Below are positions 28,969 to 39,419 of a stretch of DNA of 64,000 bases, piece after piece (the stretch's first letter is position 1; the number at the start of each line of letters is the position of its first letter). The DNA is from Candidatus Multivoradales bacterium. GTDB taxonomy: Bacteria > Acidobacteriota > Thermoanaerobaculia > Multivoradales > J023. The stretch covers positions 3,712,001 through 3,776,000 of the forward strand of contig CBDFLE010000006.1 in NCBI GenBank assembly GCA_965248925.1, given 5' to 3'. The translations under genes and the position numbers were made by a program. The notes under the pieces are model-generated. The model did not search any database, was not told the DNA's origin, and saw only the letters and a list, made by a program, of their open reading frames with translations.

Positions 28969-29439
28969 ATGGCCAGTGACGACATCTCTACCGCAGACTT
29001 GACGGTAGGAGAAAGCGAAGTGCAGGAAGTCATGCTCGAGCTGCCAATGCTCGAAGACATGGAACTGACCGCCAGCAAGACTGCCTGCGCGATGGGCGAG
29101 CAGATCCGGATGAGTCCGGATAAGATCGACGAGATGCGCATGGCGGTGGTCGAGGCCTGCATCAACGCGTTCGAGTACAGCCAGGCCGAAGATGAGCGGG
29201 TGAGAGTTGGATTCCGGATCCTGGGTTCCCGAGATCAGCCGCTGGGGCTGCAAATTACGGTGAGGGATCACGGTGTCGGATTCGTCCCGGAGAATGTCCC
29301 GCAACGGAGTCTGGAAGAGAACTTCGAAACTGGCGACAAGAGAGGTTGGGGGTTGCGGATCATTCGTGGTCTGATGGACGAAGTCGATATCCGATCAGGG
29401 CCTGCAGGAACCAGCGTCATCATGCGTAAGCTACGGTGA
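28969..29439 (+). CDS. rsbW: RsbW-like anti-sigma factor / Ser kinase (HATPase_c_2)
   Basis: MAVVEACINAFEY, VRDHGVGF, RGWGLRIIRGLMDEV. Confidence 0.88.
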   Translation: MASDDISTADLTVGESEVQEVMLELPMLEDMELTASKTACAMGEQIRMSPDKIDEMRMAVVEACINAFEYSQAEDERVRVGFRILGSRDQPLGLQITVRDHGVGFVPENVPQRSLEENFETGDKRGWGLRIIRGLMDEVDIRSGPAGTSVIMRKLR

Positions 29440-29455
29440 GGCCGGGAGACACTAG

Positions 29456-29806
29456 ATGACTGAGAGTTTAAAGCTGAGAATCGACAAGCGCGAAGGTGGT
29501 CTGGCGGTGGTCTACACCGAGGGCTACATCAATAATCAAGGGGGCGAGGAGATCGCGCGGATCGCCTACGAGCTGATCGATCAGGGGACGCGGACCCTCT
29601 TACTGAACCTCGCCGGTACCAAGATCGTCAACTCGATCGGCATCTCCATCCTGATCGAGATCATCGAGAAGATGATCGAGATCAAGGGCAAACTGGCGTT
29701 TTGCAGCCTGACGCCGACTATCCACAAGACTTTCCACATCATGGGCTTGGCCCAATACGCCGGGATCTACGCCGACGAAGAGGCCGCGGTTCGAGAACTC
29801 TCGTGA
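29456..29806 (+). CDS. rsbV: STAS anti-anti-sigma factor (RsbV-like)
   Basis: LLLNLAGTKIVNSIGISIL STAS motif with the conserved Ser. Confidence 0.85.
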   Translation: MTESLKLRIDKREGGLAVVYTEGYINNQGGEEIARIAYELIDQGTRTLLLNLAGTKIVNSIGISILIEIIEKMIEIKGKLAFCSLTPTIHKTFHIMGLAQYAGIYADEEAAVRELS

Positions 29807-31386
29807 CCACCGCCGTCTCGGTAGTATCGACGGCTGAATCCTGGCGCCGCCTCTTCTCCTTGTCTTCGCGCCAGAGCGAAGATCTGGGCACTTTGACCGA
29901 GCGCCTAGCCGCCTGGTGCCAGGGTGCCGGGCTCGAGGGCGCAGCGCTATACGCCAATGCCGATGGCGTGCTTCGTTCCCAGGTGCGTTGTGGCGAAGGT
30001 GACTTTCCCGATCCGCTGACCGACGCCAGTGTCAATGACCCAAACAATGATGGCGAGCAAGGCGATGTTGGCGCCTGGCGTCGATTGGAGCTGGTCGAAG
30101 GACCGCTGCTGTTTCGAGGCCCGGCCACGGTCGAGATCGATGGCGATCTCCTGTTGATCGCCGCCGGGGCGCGCATCAGCATCCTCAAGAAACAGGTGCA
30201 GCGGCAGAGCTTCGAGGCCAACTTTCGCGGCGTCGAGCTCGAAGCGCTCTACGACGTGGGTTTGGCGATCACCAAGACCCTGGACCTCGAGTCCTTGGGC
30301 GGCGAACTGCTGATCCATGCCGTCTCGCTACTCGACGCCCGCCGGGGTGCCCTCTACCTACTCGACGACGGTACCTATCGTCTGCAGTCCCATCTTGGAG
30401 GTACGGCAGTCCCGTCCTTCGCCGTCGACGACTGTGCTGAGCTCGACGCCGACACATTGCCTGGCGCCGAGTTTCTCGAAGCGGCGCCGATCGAGGTCGA
30501 GGGAAGGCGCCGAGGCTTGTTGTTGGTCGCGGACAAAGAAAGTCGCCGCGGAGTCGGACCGTTCTCCGAGAAGGATTGCCGCACCCTGTCGCTATTTGCC
30601 AATCAAGCGGCGATCGCCTTGGAGAACGCCAAGTTACATCGGCTAGCGCTCGAAAAAGAGCGCATGGAGCGGGAGATGGAGCTGGCGGTCGAGATTCAAC
30701 AGCAGATCCTGCCCAAGGCGATGCCCAACCTACCGGGTTTCGAAGTGTTGGGTTGGAACCGGCCAGCGCGACAGGTAGGTGGCGACTATTTCGATATTCG
30801 ACCCCTCGATGGCGATCGCTGGGGTCTGGTGGTGGGCGATGTCACCGGCAAGGGCATGCCGGCGGCGCTGTTGGTCTCCACCTTTCACTCCGCCTTGCGC
30901 CTGCTGGCTGACCGGGTCGATATCGGTCCGACCCTGGTCGAGAGACTCAACGCGCATATCTTCGAGTCTTCGAGCGCCAATAAATTCATCACCATGTTGT
31001 TGGCCGAGCTTGACACGGAAACCGCCCGACTGCGCTACCTGAACGCCGGTCACAATCCTGGTTTGGTAGTGCGGGCCAGCGGTGAGGCCGAAGAGCTACC
31101 CTCGGCCGGGTTGCCCCTGGGGTTGATGCCCAACGGCAGGTACCACGCCGCCGAACTAGCCCTCGAACACGGGGATTTGCTCTGTCTCTACAGCGATGGC
31201 ATCACCGAGTGTGAGTCGCCAGCGGAGGAGGAGTATGGCATGGAGCGGCTGCAAGACTTGCTATTCACAAATCGTCAGCTGCCGTTGGGCGAAATTGTTG
31301 TGGCGATCGATCGGGCGATGCTCGATTTTGCCGCCGGCTTGCCGCAGGGTGATGATCAGACGGTGGTTCTGCTGCGCCGGTCTTGA
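29803..31386 (+). CDS. rsbU: GAF plus PP2C/SpoIIE phosphatase (RsbU-like)
   Basis: VGGDYFD, GDVTGKG, NAGH, YSDGITE, DDQT. Confidence 0.9.
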   Translation: MTTAVSVVSTAESWRRLFSLSSRQSEDLGTLTERLAAWCQGAGLEGAALYANADGVLRSQVRCGEGDFPDPLTDASVNDPNNDGEQGDVGAWRRLELVEGPLLFRGPATVEIDGDLLLIAAGARISILKKQVQRQSFEANFRGVELEALYDVGLAITKTLDLESLGGELLIHAVSLLDARRGALYLLDDGTYRLQSHLGGTAVPSFAVDDCAELDADTLPGAEFLEAAPIEVEGRRRGLLLVADKESRRGVGPFSEKDCRTLSLFANQAAIALENAKLHRLALEKERMEREMELAVEIQQQILPKAMPNLPGFEVLGWNRPARQVGGDYFDIRPLDGDRWGLVVGDVTGKGMPAALLVSTFHSALRLLADRVDIGPTLVERLNAHIFESSSANKFITMLLAELDTETARLRYLNAGHNPGLVVRASGEAEELPSAGLPLGLMPNGRYHAAELALEHGDLLCLYSDGITECESPAEEEYGMERLQDLLFTNRQLPLGEIVVAIDRAMLDFAAGLPQGDDQTVVLLRRS

Positions 31387-32744
31387 GCCTCGGCGGCTAT
31401 TGGGTCGTCGGGCAAGGCGGTGAAACCGCTCGAATCTCCGATCACCAACGAAGGCGCCGAGATGCCCCCCAGCGGCGTGCTACGGGTGGTCAGGACCACC
31501 GGGTCGTCGCCGATACCTCGCAACATGGCGAAGGCTCGCAGCGCGCTTTCTTCCCACACCGCGTCGGGCAGTGCTGCGCCGAGCTGACCATCCTTGATCC
31601 TGCGCAAACCGCGCGCGATGCAGCGCAGGTGCAGCTGCGTCGGCTCGAAGCACTCTGGATGATCGAGCCAACCGACGCGGAAGCCACCCTCGGCGAGACG
31701 CATCAATTCTTGCGGCTCGGTGGTGCCCGGCTGGAGAAAAAGATTGCCGCACAACGCGTCCTGACCGCCGACCGACTGCGCGTTAGGACGCATGCCGACC
31801 TCGGCGCCGTGGTACTGATTCAGAGCCGCGGTCGAAGGGGTGCCGTTGGTGATCAGACTCAAAGGCGCTTTGATCGCCCCTTCCAGATCGAAAGGGAAAG
31901 GCAAGCCGCAGGCGAGGGTACCGTCGTCGTGCAGATTGAGACGCCGATCGAACACCTGCACGTTGCGGTGCCGGCTGATAAAAGAGGTGCCATCGAGATA
32001 GGTCCGGCCGGAAAAAGCGAAGGTGTTGAGTGAGTTGAGAAGCTCGATCGCGGCTTCGGGAGCCAGCAAGACGGGCACCGCATCAGTGGGCAGAGCCGCG
32101 ACCGCTCCGTTCGAGTGGCAGGCTCGGGCTCGCCGGCAAATGCCCTCGGCATCGAGGTCGGCCAGCTTGCGGGCCGAACCGGCGGCGCGGCCGGCGCCGG
32201 GATGGTAGCCGCTGGTCAGCTCCAGGCTGACTTCGGTGGCGGCTACCGAGCGACGAACTCCATGACTGTTGAAGATCGCCAGCCTGCTGTCTGACCAAGA
32301 CAAGCGACCCAGTTCGTGGTCGTGGCAATGGCGGCGCAGAAAGTCCCTGGCGGCGGGCACATCGAGGTTCTCGATTTCGGGGTCGAGCAGATGTACGGGG
32401 GTCTTCGGCGCCTCGGCGGACAGCGGAAACAAGGGCCTCCTCTTGATCGTTGGTTGCACTCGAGACAGGGCGATAGCCTCACGAATCCCTCGTTGGTGTT
32501 CGTGGGGGTCGAGGCTTTCGGTGCGGTACCAGCCCAGACGCTGGCCCTCGACGACCCGTATTAAGACCGTGAGAATGGGGTTCTCGACACTGCCTTCGGG
32601 GGTTCCGCGGCTCGATGCCCAGCCCCGTCGGCGTTGCAGCCAGACCAGTTCGGTCTCGTCGGCGACTGAACCGGCCAGGGTGCCTTCAAGTAACTCGGTG
32701 ACCTGTCCCAGGGGACAGAAGCGGCTTGGGTTGGTGCTGTTCAC
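31356..32744 (-). CDS. TldD/PmbA-family metallopeptidase-related protein
   Basis: PVLLAPEAA, PFDLEG, RGLRRIKDGQL, C-terminal APSLVI; divergent. Confidence 0.7.
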   Translation of the reverse strand: MNSTNPSRFCPLGQVTELLEGTLAGSVADETELVWLQRRRGWASSRGTPEGSVENPILTVLIRVVEGQRLGWYRTESLDPHEHQRGIREAIALSRVQPTIKRRPLFPLSAEAPKTPVHLLDPEIENLDVPAARDFLRRHCHDHELGRLSWSDSRLAIFNSHGVRRSVAATEVSLELTSGYHPGAGRAAGSARKLADLDAEGICRRARACHSNGAVAALPTDAVPVLLAPEAAIELLNSLNTFAFSGRTYLDGTSFISRHRNVQVFDRRLNLHDDGTLACGLPFPFDLEGAIKAPLSLITNGTPSTAALNQYHGAEVGMRPNAQSVGGQDALCGNLFLQPGTTEPQELMRLAEGGFRVGWLDHPECFEPTQLHLRCIARGLRRIKDGQLGAALPDAVWEESALRAFAMLRGIGDDPVVLTTRSTPLGGISAPSLVIGDSSGFTALPDDPIAAEAQDRRSRTTV

Positions 32745-32935
32745 GGTGACAGAAGACTAGCAGGTCAAGGACGGCGTTCACCGCTGCTGATGCTCAGCAT
32801 GCTGTCAGCTTCGGTGGTCTGGCTTGTGTTTTGCAGAGTCCTGTTGTCAGAATGGAGTTCGACGCCGAAATGAGTACGCAACCCAGCAAATCGATCGCCA
32901 AGACCGAGTTTAACCGCGGTCAATTGGCTCCTGCT

Positions 32936-33718
32936 ATGTCTCCAGAAGGGGACGTAGGGCGGTCATTGACACGCGGCTGCTGGTTGTGGCTCAGTTTGGC
33001 GCTCGCCATCGTCTTCGGGTCGACAGGGGTGGTGACCGCCCAGTCTGGAGCTCCGATCGCGGTGGATATCTTTGCCAATCAGCGCTTCAGGATGGTCGAA
33101 CAAGTTCGTCGCCGTGGTATTGAACAACCGCTGTTATTGCAGGCCATGCGGGAAGTGCCGCGACACGCTTTCGTGCCCGCGGGCCGGCAATACGAGGCCT
33201 ATCTCGACCAGCCGGTCGAGACCGACTCAGGCCAGACCATCCATCAGGCTTTCTTGTCGGCCTTGATGATCTCCCACCTTGAGCTGAGCGGTGGCGAGCG
33301 AGTGCTTGAGGTCGGCACCGGCAGTGGCTACGATGCAGCCCTGTTGTCGCGGGTGGCGAAAGAGGTCTACACCATCGAGATTGATGCCGATTTAGCCGCC
33401 GCGGCGCGTCGCACTTTGGCAGAGTTGGGCTACGACAATGTCGATGTGCGCACGGCCAATGGCTATCACGGCTTGCCCGACAAGGCCCCTTTCGACGCCA
33501 TCTTGCTAACCGTTGCCACCGAGAGCATTCCGCAGCCGTTGCTCGATCAACTTAAGGTGGGCGGCAAGATGGTGATTCCGGTGGGAAAGTTCGTCCAAGA
33601 TCTGAAAGTGATCACCAAGTCCGCCGAGGGCTTTGCCGAGAGCGAACGCATCAAGCCGGTTCGGGTATCGCCGATGCAGGGTGAGGGCAGTGGTAGTCCG
33701 GGTGCCGGTGTCGAGTAG
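32936..33718 (+). CDS. pcm: Protein-L-isoaspartate O-methyltransferase with N-terminal signal/TM
   Basis: AMREVPRHAFVP, GQTI, VLEVGTGSGYDAA, APFDAI, QLKVGGKMVIPVG; start uncertain. Confidence 0.88.
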   Translation: MSPEGDVGRSLTRGCWLWLSLALAIVFGSTGVVTAQSGAPIAVDIFANQRFRMVEQVRRRGIEQPLLLQAMREVPRHAFVPAGRQYEAYLDQPVETDSGQTIHQAFLSALMISHLELSGGERVLEVGTGSGYDAALLSRVAKEVYTIEIDADLAAAARRTLAELGYDNVDVRTANGYHGLPDKAPFDAILLTVATESIPQPLLDQLKVGGKMVIPVGKFVQDLKVITKSAEGFAESERIKPVRVSPMQGEGSGSPGAGVE

Positions 33719-33775
33719 GATTGAGACTCCTCGATGACGTGCTAATCTCGGCCAGCGCTCGGTGGAGCGTCGGTA

Positions 33776-34561
33776 TTGACGCTTCGCCCCTCAACCAGAG
33801 CGGCCCAGCGCTGCAACCACCTCGGCGGAGCATCAGGTTTGGCCAATAATCCCACGCACGACCACGACGCCTGGGAACGCTCGATCCTCGGTATTGACAA
33901 CGTCCCCCTGGAATTGGCCGTCGCCAGTGCCGGAAATCGGGTGCTGGCGACCTTCCTCGATCTCCTGGTAGTTTCCCTCCTCATTGTTCTGGTCATCACC
34001 GGCGGGCTGGTTGCCATCGCCGCGCTGGGGGTCGACAACGGCACTTGGATGCTTGCCCTGCTCGGCCTGTTTGTGTTTGCCATCCATTGGGGCTATTTCG
34101 CTGCCTTCGAAATCGCTACCGCCGGTCTCACACCGGGCAAGATGGCGATCGGTCTGCGGGTGATCTCCCGCCAAGGTGGCCGGGCCAGCGCAGTCAGTGT
34201 GCTGGCACGAAACTTCCTCCGCCCCTTGGACTATGCCTTCGGTGTTGCCCTAATGTTGTTTGATCGCCGCTCACGGCGGCTGGGGGATTTGGTCGGTGGC
34301 ACTCTGGTGGTGCGCCAGGGTTCAGAGGACGAGGGGCCGCGCCTAGGTCGCATGCCAGAAGATTGGGGTGCGCACGAGGTCGCCGTGGTCGAAGGGTTTC
34401 TGCGTCGCAGCGAACAGCTGGAAGCACAGCGTGCCGCGGCTCTCGCCAGCCGACTTGTGACCTGGATCGAGAGCGTCGCCCCCGAGCTGGCAGTAGGTCT
34501 GGAGGGCGAGTTGCGACCGCTAGTCAGACTCCGTCTGTTACTGGCTGTCGAAGGGGGTTGA
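33776..34561 (+). CDS. RDD family membrane protein
   Basis: ASAGNRVLATFLD, GLTPGKMAIGLRV, RRLGDLVGGTLVV; true start may be slightly downstream. Confidence 0.85.
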   Translation: MTLRPSTRAAQRCNHLGGASGLANNPTHDHDAWERSILGIDNVPLELAVASAGNRVLATFLDLLVVSLLIVLVITGGLVAIAALGVDNGTWMLALLGLFVFAIHWGYFAAFEIATAGLTPGKMAIGLRVISRQGGRASAVSVLARNFLRPLDYAFGVALMLFDRRSRRLGDLVGGTLVVRQGSEDEGPRLGRMPEDWGAHEVAVVEGFLRRSEQLEAQRAAALASRLVTWIESVAPELAVGLEGELRPLVRLRLLLAVEGG

Positions 34562-34563
34562 GC

Positions 34564-35544
34564 GTGAACTACCGCCAATTCGCCAAGTTGCGCGGTTCTA
34601 GTTGCGACGCTTTTGAACAGCAGCTAGAGCAAGCCCGCCAGCACCCTAAGCGACTGGTCTATGAGGATCTTGAAGCGCTGGCTTACGGCTATCGCCAGTT
34701 GTTGCACGATCATGCTCTGGCGCGGGCGCGATATCCGGGAACGGCGTTGGCCCGTCGCTTGCGCCGGGTGGCGCTCGACGGCACGCATTGGTTGCAGCGC
34801 GATTCAGCTAGTCGAATGCCGAGCCTGGGCCGTTTCTTCAGCCACTCGTTCCCCCTTGCCTTTCGCGCCGCGCTGCCCCGTATCGGTCTGGCCTTGGTGC
34901 TCTTTCTGGTTGCAGGGCTGAGCGGTTTTGCACTGTCTGTCAGGCAGCCCAGCCTCGGCACTTCTTTTCTCGGTGGCGAGGCGATCGAAGGACTCAAACA
35001 GGGCAGCTTGTGGACCGAGTCGCTCTTTGCCGTGGTCCCCGGTTCGGTGGCATCGACGATGATCGCGACCAACAATCTCTCGGTAGCCCTGACCGCATGG
35101 GCGGGAGGGATTCTGGCTGGCTTGGGGAGCCTGTATGCGATCTTTCTCAATGGCGTCATGCTGGGCTCGGTGATCGGGGTGACGATGCACTACTCGATGG
35201 AGCCTGCACTCTTCGAATTCATCAGCGCCCACGGCCCGTTAGAGATCAGCTTGATCCTGTTCAGCGCCGCTGCTGGACTCGATCTCGGTCGGGCGCTGGT
35301 GGTGGCCGATGATCGGCCGCGGGCAGAACGCTTGGTGCAAGCTGGCCGGCGAAGTCTGATCCTTCTGCTCGGCTGCTTGCCGTGGATCTTGTTGCTGGGT
35401 TTCATCGAAGGCCACATTTCACCTTCGACGCAGGTGCCTTGGGCGATCAAGATATTAATCGGTTTGATCGTTGAGGCAGTGTTCTTGGCGGTCGCCTGGA
35501 ATCCCTTCTTGAAGACTTCCTCGCTCGAGGAGCGAACTGGATGA
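34564..35544 (+). CDS. SpoIIM-like (stage II sporulation protein M) membrane protein
   Basis: IATNNLSVA, NGVMLG, HGPLE, IEGHISP. Confidence 0.88.
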   Translation: MNYRQFAKLRGSSCDAFEQQLEQARQHPKRLVYEDLEALAYGYRQLLHDHALARARYPGTALARRLRRVALDGTHWLQRDSASRMPSLGRFFSHSFPLAFRAALPRIGLALVLFLVAGLSGFALSVRQPSLGTSFLGGEAIEGLKQGSLWTESLFAVVPGSVASTMIATNNLSVALTAWAGGILAGLGSLYAIFLNGVMLGSVIGVTMHYSMEPALFEFISAHGPLEISLILFSAAAGLDLGRALVVADDRPRAERLVQAGRRSLILLLGCLPWILLLGFIEGHISPSTQVPWAIKILIGLIVEAVFLAVAWNPFLKTSSLEERTG

Positions 35545-36464
35545 GGAGATCGGCCGAGCAAGTTGAAAACACGGCGCTTGAACCGCTCTCGATGCGTCGC
35601 CTCCTCGACCTGGCGGTGGAAGAGATGCGGCGTAATTTCCGGGCGATCTACCTATGGGCTGCTGCGCCGATGGCGGTGGGTGGCCTGTTCGTGGGTTTGG
35701 CTCAGATGCGATGGTTCGAGACACTTTCAAGTCTGGGAGCCGAGGGCTCGGTCGATGGAATGCTGAGTGGTGCTCTGTTCTGGGGGGTCGGAGTGCTGGT
35801 CGCCGCAACGCTCTACATGATTTGCTATGTGGCGGTGATGGTCGCGGCGATGGACGCTCTAGAGGGGCGGCAGGTGGAGATGGTGCGAGCTTGGCGCATC
35901 GCCCTGCGGCCGCGGATCTTCCTGACCGCTCTGACAGTCAGCCTCTTGGTGTTGGTCAGTACCCTGGCCTGTGTTTTTCCCGCGTTCTATGTCGGGCCAC
36001 TCCTCTGTTTGGCGCTGCCGGCGGCGTTGGAAGAGAAGCTCACCACCTTCGAGGCAATCGGCCGCAGTGTCGAGTTGGGGCGTTTCAATCCCAGCCGTCA
36101 GCTGAGTCGATCTCCATGGCTGCGCGGTCTGTTGATCTATGTTGTTTGGACGCTGATCAGCAACGCTTTGAGCATGGTGGTGCAGGTGCCGATTCAGGTT
36201 GTTCAGCAATTTCTGATGCTCCGCGAAGGGCTCGAAGGGGAGATCGCGGAGCCGCTGGTTCTCATGGGCGCTTCGGCTTGGTTGCAGGTTCCGGCCACAG
36301 TCTTGGGAGCGCTGGTGGCGGTGGTGGGCTTCCTCTACCTCACCTTCGCAATTGGCTTGCTCTATCACGAGACTCGCCGGCTCAAGGAAGGAGCAGACCT
36401 GGAACTAGCCATCGCCAACCTGACTCAGCCACCGAGTGCTGTGCCATCGACCCAAGGGCCATGA
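35541..36464 (+). CDS. Multi-TM membrane protein of the MoxR-associated cluster
   Basis: LEPLSMRRLLD start, several TM helices, LYHETRRLKEGADL end. Confidence 0.8.
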   Translation: MRRSAEQVENTALEPLSMRRLLDLAVEEMRRNFRAIYLWAAAPMAVGGLFVGLAQMRWFETLSSLGAEGSVDGMLSGALFWGVGVLVAATLYMICYVAVMVAAMDALEGRQVEMVRAWRIALRPRIFLTALTVSLLVLVSTLACVFPAFYVGPLLCLALPAALEEKLTTFEAIGRSVELGRFNPSRQLSRSPWLRGLLIYVVWTLISNALSMVVQVPIQVVQQFLMLREGLEGEIAEPLVLMGASAWLQVPATVLGALVAVVGFLYLTFAIGLLYHETRRLKEGADLELAIANLTQPPSAVPSTQGP

Positions 36465-37210
36465 AGATTCCTCATGCCGCTGGTGCTTGGTTGCCTTGGC
36501 TGCTGATTGCTCTACTGACCCTCACAGGGTCAGAGCCACTAGCGGCCAGCGAAGAGCGGACAGATTCGGAGGTCGAGCAGACTCCTTGTCTTGAACAACC
36601 CTGGCAAAGCCTGCCGGCCGATGTTGAGCTGCTGCGCCAGGTGGCCGCTGACGGCGAGCTGCGTGGCGGTTCGCCGAGGCCCAGCTTGACTCACTACCTA
36701 CTCGACTTGGCGACCGCAGCCTTCGCGCCGTTGGCGGGTTGGATGGGCTCTGTCGGTGGCCCGTTGGCAGCTCTGTTTGCCTGGTTTGGAGCTGCGGGTT
36801 CTCAGCTCCTGCTGTGGCTCATCCTGGCAGCGCTTTTGTTGACATTGTTTATTAGGCTGCGGAGTCGATTCAGCCGTCGGGGGCACGAATCGCCTAGCGG
36901 TGTCCCGGGGGTGCCCGCTCTCCAGCCGCTAAGCGCGGCAGTGGCAGAGTGGGAACTGCGCCTGCAACAGCGGCTCGATGGTGGAGACGCTCGCGGCGCG
37001 CTCGAAGCCCTGTGGTGGAGCTTGGCGATCCGCTTGGTGGGCTCCAACGCTGATCCGGCCTGGACTAGCCGCGAGTTGGTCGAAAAGGCAGGGCGCCGCG
37101 ATCTCTTGCCCGGGGTCCGGCGTCTCGATCGGTTGGTTTGGGGTAGCGAGCAACCGCTGGTCGAGGACGTTCGTCAGCTGTGGGGTCGTTTGCGGAAGGT
37201 GGTCGGATGA
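36461..37210 (+). CDS. DUF4129-like membrane protein
   Basis: Signal/TM, C-terminal GDARGALEALW...AWTSRE; ATGA coupling. Confidence 0.65.
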   Translation: MKIPHAAGAWLPWLLIALLTLTGSEPLAASEERTDSEVEQTPCLEQPWQSLPADVELLRQVAADGELRGGSPRPSLTHYLLDLATAAFAPLAGWMGSVGGPLAALFAWFGAAGSQLLLWLILAALLLTLFIRLRSRFSRRGHESPSGVPGVPALQPLSAAVAEWELRLQQRLDGGDARGALEALWWSLAIRLVGSNADPAWTSRELVEKAGRRDLLPGVRRLDRLVWGSEQPLVEDVRQLWGRLRKVVG

Positions 37211-38364
37211 AAGGGCCGTGGCGCTGGCGCGTCCTGGGCGGCCTGGCGTTGCTTGTGCTGGTGGCTATCTGGAGCGGTAGGTCAAAGCTCGGTGATACTT
37301 CGAGTTCGCTATCGCGAGCTTCGGCTGGCTGGCTGGGGGCTCGACTCTACTTGCAAGCGTCGGGCTTCGAAGTGCAAATACTCGACCGGCCGTTGAGTGA
37401 GCTAGATGATGTTGACGAGGCTTCACGCCCCGACCTACTGATCCTGACTTTTCCCTTGCAAAGGGCGCTCTCTAGCGTCGACGAGACTTGGCTGTTTTCC
37501 TTTCTGCGAGCCGGTGGCAACCTGCTGCTAGCCTACTCAGGGGCTCCGGCGCAAGCGCAAGAAAAGAGCCTGTTGGGTGCCTTTGCAGTCGAGCTAGAGG
37601 AGGCCCGTCGAGATCCTTCCTTGGTGCCTTGGCGCTGGTGGTCCTACCGTCAAGAGGAGTGGCGGTTGCAGCCCGAGGTGACTGCCGTCAGTGGCGCTGG
37701 CAGCCTGCTCTTACGGGTACCCCATTTGCTGGCTAATCCAACCCGTGACAGTCGGGTTCTCTATCGCGCTTCTACCGAGGACGTGGAGTCGGCGCCAGCG
37801 GTGGTGTTCGAGCTGCACACTCAAGGGGGGCAGGTGATGGTGATGCCGGCGTCTTTGCTTAGCAATGCACGACTGCTCGAGCCGGGCCACGCGGATCTTC
37901 TGAGTACCTTGGCTGCGCAATATGGTCAGCAGATCGCTTTTGACGAGTACCATCATGGTCTGGTGGCTGGCGGCGAGGTGGCCGACCCGTTGCCCGGCAT
38001 CACTTGGGATTTGCTGATCGTTCATCTGGGATTATTCTATTTACTTGGTTGGCTAGCCCTCGGCCGCCGCATGGGCCCAGCGTGGCGCGAGCCGCGGCCT
38101 CGCAGTGGTTCGGCGGCTACCTTTCTGCGTCAGTTGGGGACCCTGCACGGTCAGCTTGGTCATCATGGTGCGGCGGCCAGGTTGTTAGTCGAGCGGCTAG
38201 TGAAGCTCGATCCTGGCTTCGAGCTGCCTGCCGACCTGGGGCTCGAAAGTCAACGGGTTAGCAACGCCGCCAACTTGCTGAGCTTCGCTCGGCGGGTGGC
38301 GCGCTATCAACGCTCGCCGGCAGTGCCCCGAGCGCGGAGTTCCGGCAGCTCGCGAGCCAGGTAG
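37207..38364 (+). CDS. DUF4350-like protein
   Basis: N-terminal TM, FLRAGGNLLL, IAFDEYHHG, RRMGP. Confidence 0.75.
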   Translation: MKGPWRWRVLGGLALLVLVAIWSGRSKLGDTSSSLSRASAGWLGARLYLQASGFEVQILDRPLSELDDVDEASRPDLLILTFPLQRALSSVDETWLFSFLRAGGNLLLAYSGAPAQAQEKSLLGAFAVELEEARRDPSLVPWRWWSYRQEEWRLQPEVTAVSGAGSLLLRVPHLLANPTRDSRVLYRASTEDVESAPAVVFELHTQGGQVMVMPASLLSNARLLEPGHADLLSTLAAQYGQQIAFDEYHHGLVAGGEVADPLPGITWDLLIVHLGLFYLLGWLALGRRMGPAWREPRPRSGSAATFLRQLGTLHGQLGHHGAAARLLVERLVKLDPGFELPADLGLESQRVSNAANLLSFARRVARYQRSPAVPRARSSGSSRAR

Positions 38365-38426
38365 TTCATCGTGTTGTCGGTTGCGAAGCGATCGGTAGCA
38401 CATCTTAGAAGTGGAGATTCGAGCGG

Positions 38427-39419
38427 ATGCAAGATCAAACCGAGTCAACCCCCGCCGCGCCGCGCCCAGAGCCGGCAGCCACAGTTCTAGCTGAGCGGGT
38501 TCTAGGCGCATTGGAAGAGCACGTCTTGGGTCAGCGACCGGTTGCCGAAGCCCTACTCGCCACCTACATGGCAGGCGGGCACGGGCTGTTAGAGGGAGTT
38601 CCTGGTGTTGGCAAGACACTGCTGGCGCGCACCTTCGCCGCGCTTCTAGGCAGTGGCTACAAACGTATCCAATTCACCCCAGACCTGATGCCCGCCGATG
38701 TGATTGGTACCAATGTTTATGATCAAAAGACGGCCGGTTTCCGTCTCGTGCGCGGGCCGATTTTCACCGAACTGCTGATGGCCGACGAGATCAATCGCAC
38801 ACCGCCAAAAACCCAAGCGGCCCTGCTCGAAGCGATGCAAGAGAGGCAGGTGACTATCGATGGGGAAGTGCAGCGTCTTGATCCAGCTTTCTTTGTCGTC
38901 GCAACCCAGAACCCGATCGAGCACGAAGGCACCTATCCCCTACCCGAAGCACAGCTGGACCGCTTCTTGACCCGCATTCAAATGGGCCTGCCAGACCCCG
39001 AGTCCGAACGCCGCTTGTATCGTCTAGCGGTCGATGGAAAGCTGCCGGGTTGGGGCGAGGGCGGCTTGCCCGAGCCAGTGATGAGTACCGAAGAGGCCTT
39101 TGCTTTGCGTCATGCCTCGCGCCGCGTACATGTTGCAGACGATATGTTGGATTACCTGGCACGGCTCACCGCGGCGGTGCGTGATTCCGACCATGTAGAG
39201 TTGTCGGTCAGTCCGCGCGGTGCCTTGGCATTGATCGAAGCAGCTCGCGCCGCAGCCTTGTTAGAAAGTCGCGACTTCGTGATCCCCGACGATCTAAAAC
39301 GTTTTGTTGGCCCATGCTGGGGGCACCGTCTACTGCTCACTGCCGAAGCCGAACTTGAGGGCCACAGCACCGAGCGCTTGCTACGTCGGGTGATCGATAG
39401 CGTGAAAACGCCGAAGTAG
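38427..39419 (+). CDS. moxR: MoxR family AAA+ ATPase
   Basis: [61 protein letters not shown]. Confidence 0.95.
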   Translation: MQDQTESTPAAPRPEPAATVLAERVLGALEEHVLGQRPVAEALLATYMAGGHGLLEGVPGVGKTLLARTFAALLGSGYKRIQFTPDLMPADVIGTNVYDQKTAGFRLVRGPIFTELLMADEINRTPPKTQAALLEAMQERQVTIDGEVQRLDPAFFVVATQNPIEHEGTYPLPEAQLDRFLTRIQMGLPDPESERRLYRLAVDGKLPGWGEGGLPEPVMSTEEAFALRHASRRVHVADDMLDYLARLTAAVRDSDHVELSVSPRGALALIEAARAAALLESRDFVIPDDLKRFVGPCWGHRLLLTAEAELEGHSTERLLRRVIDSVKTPK

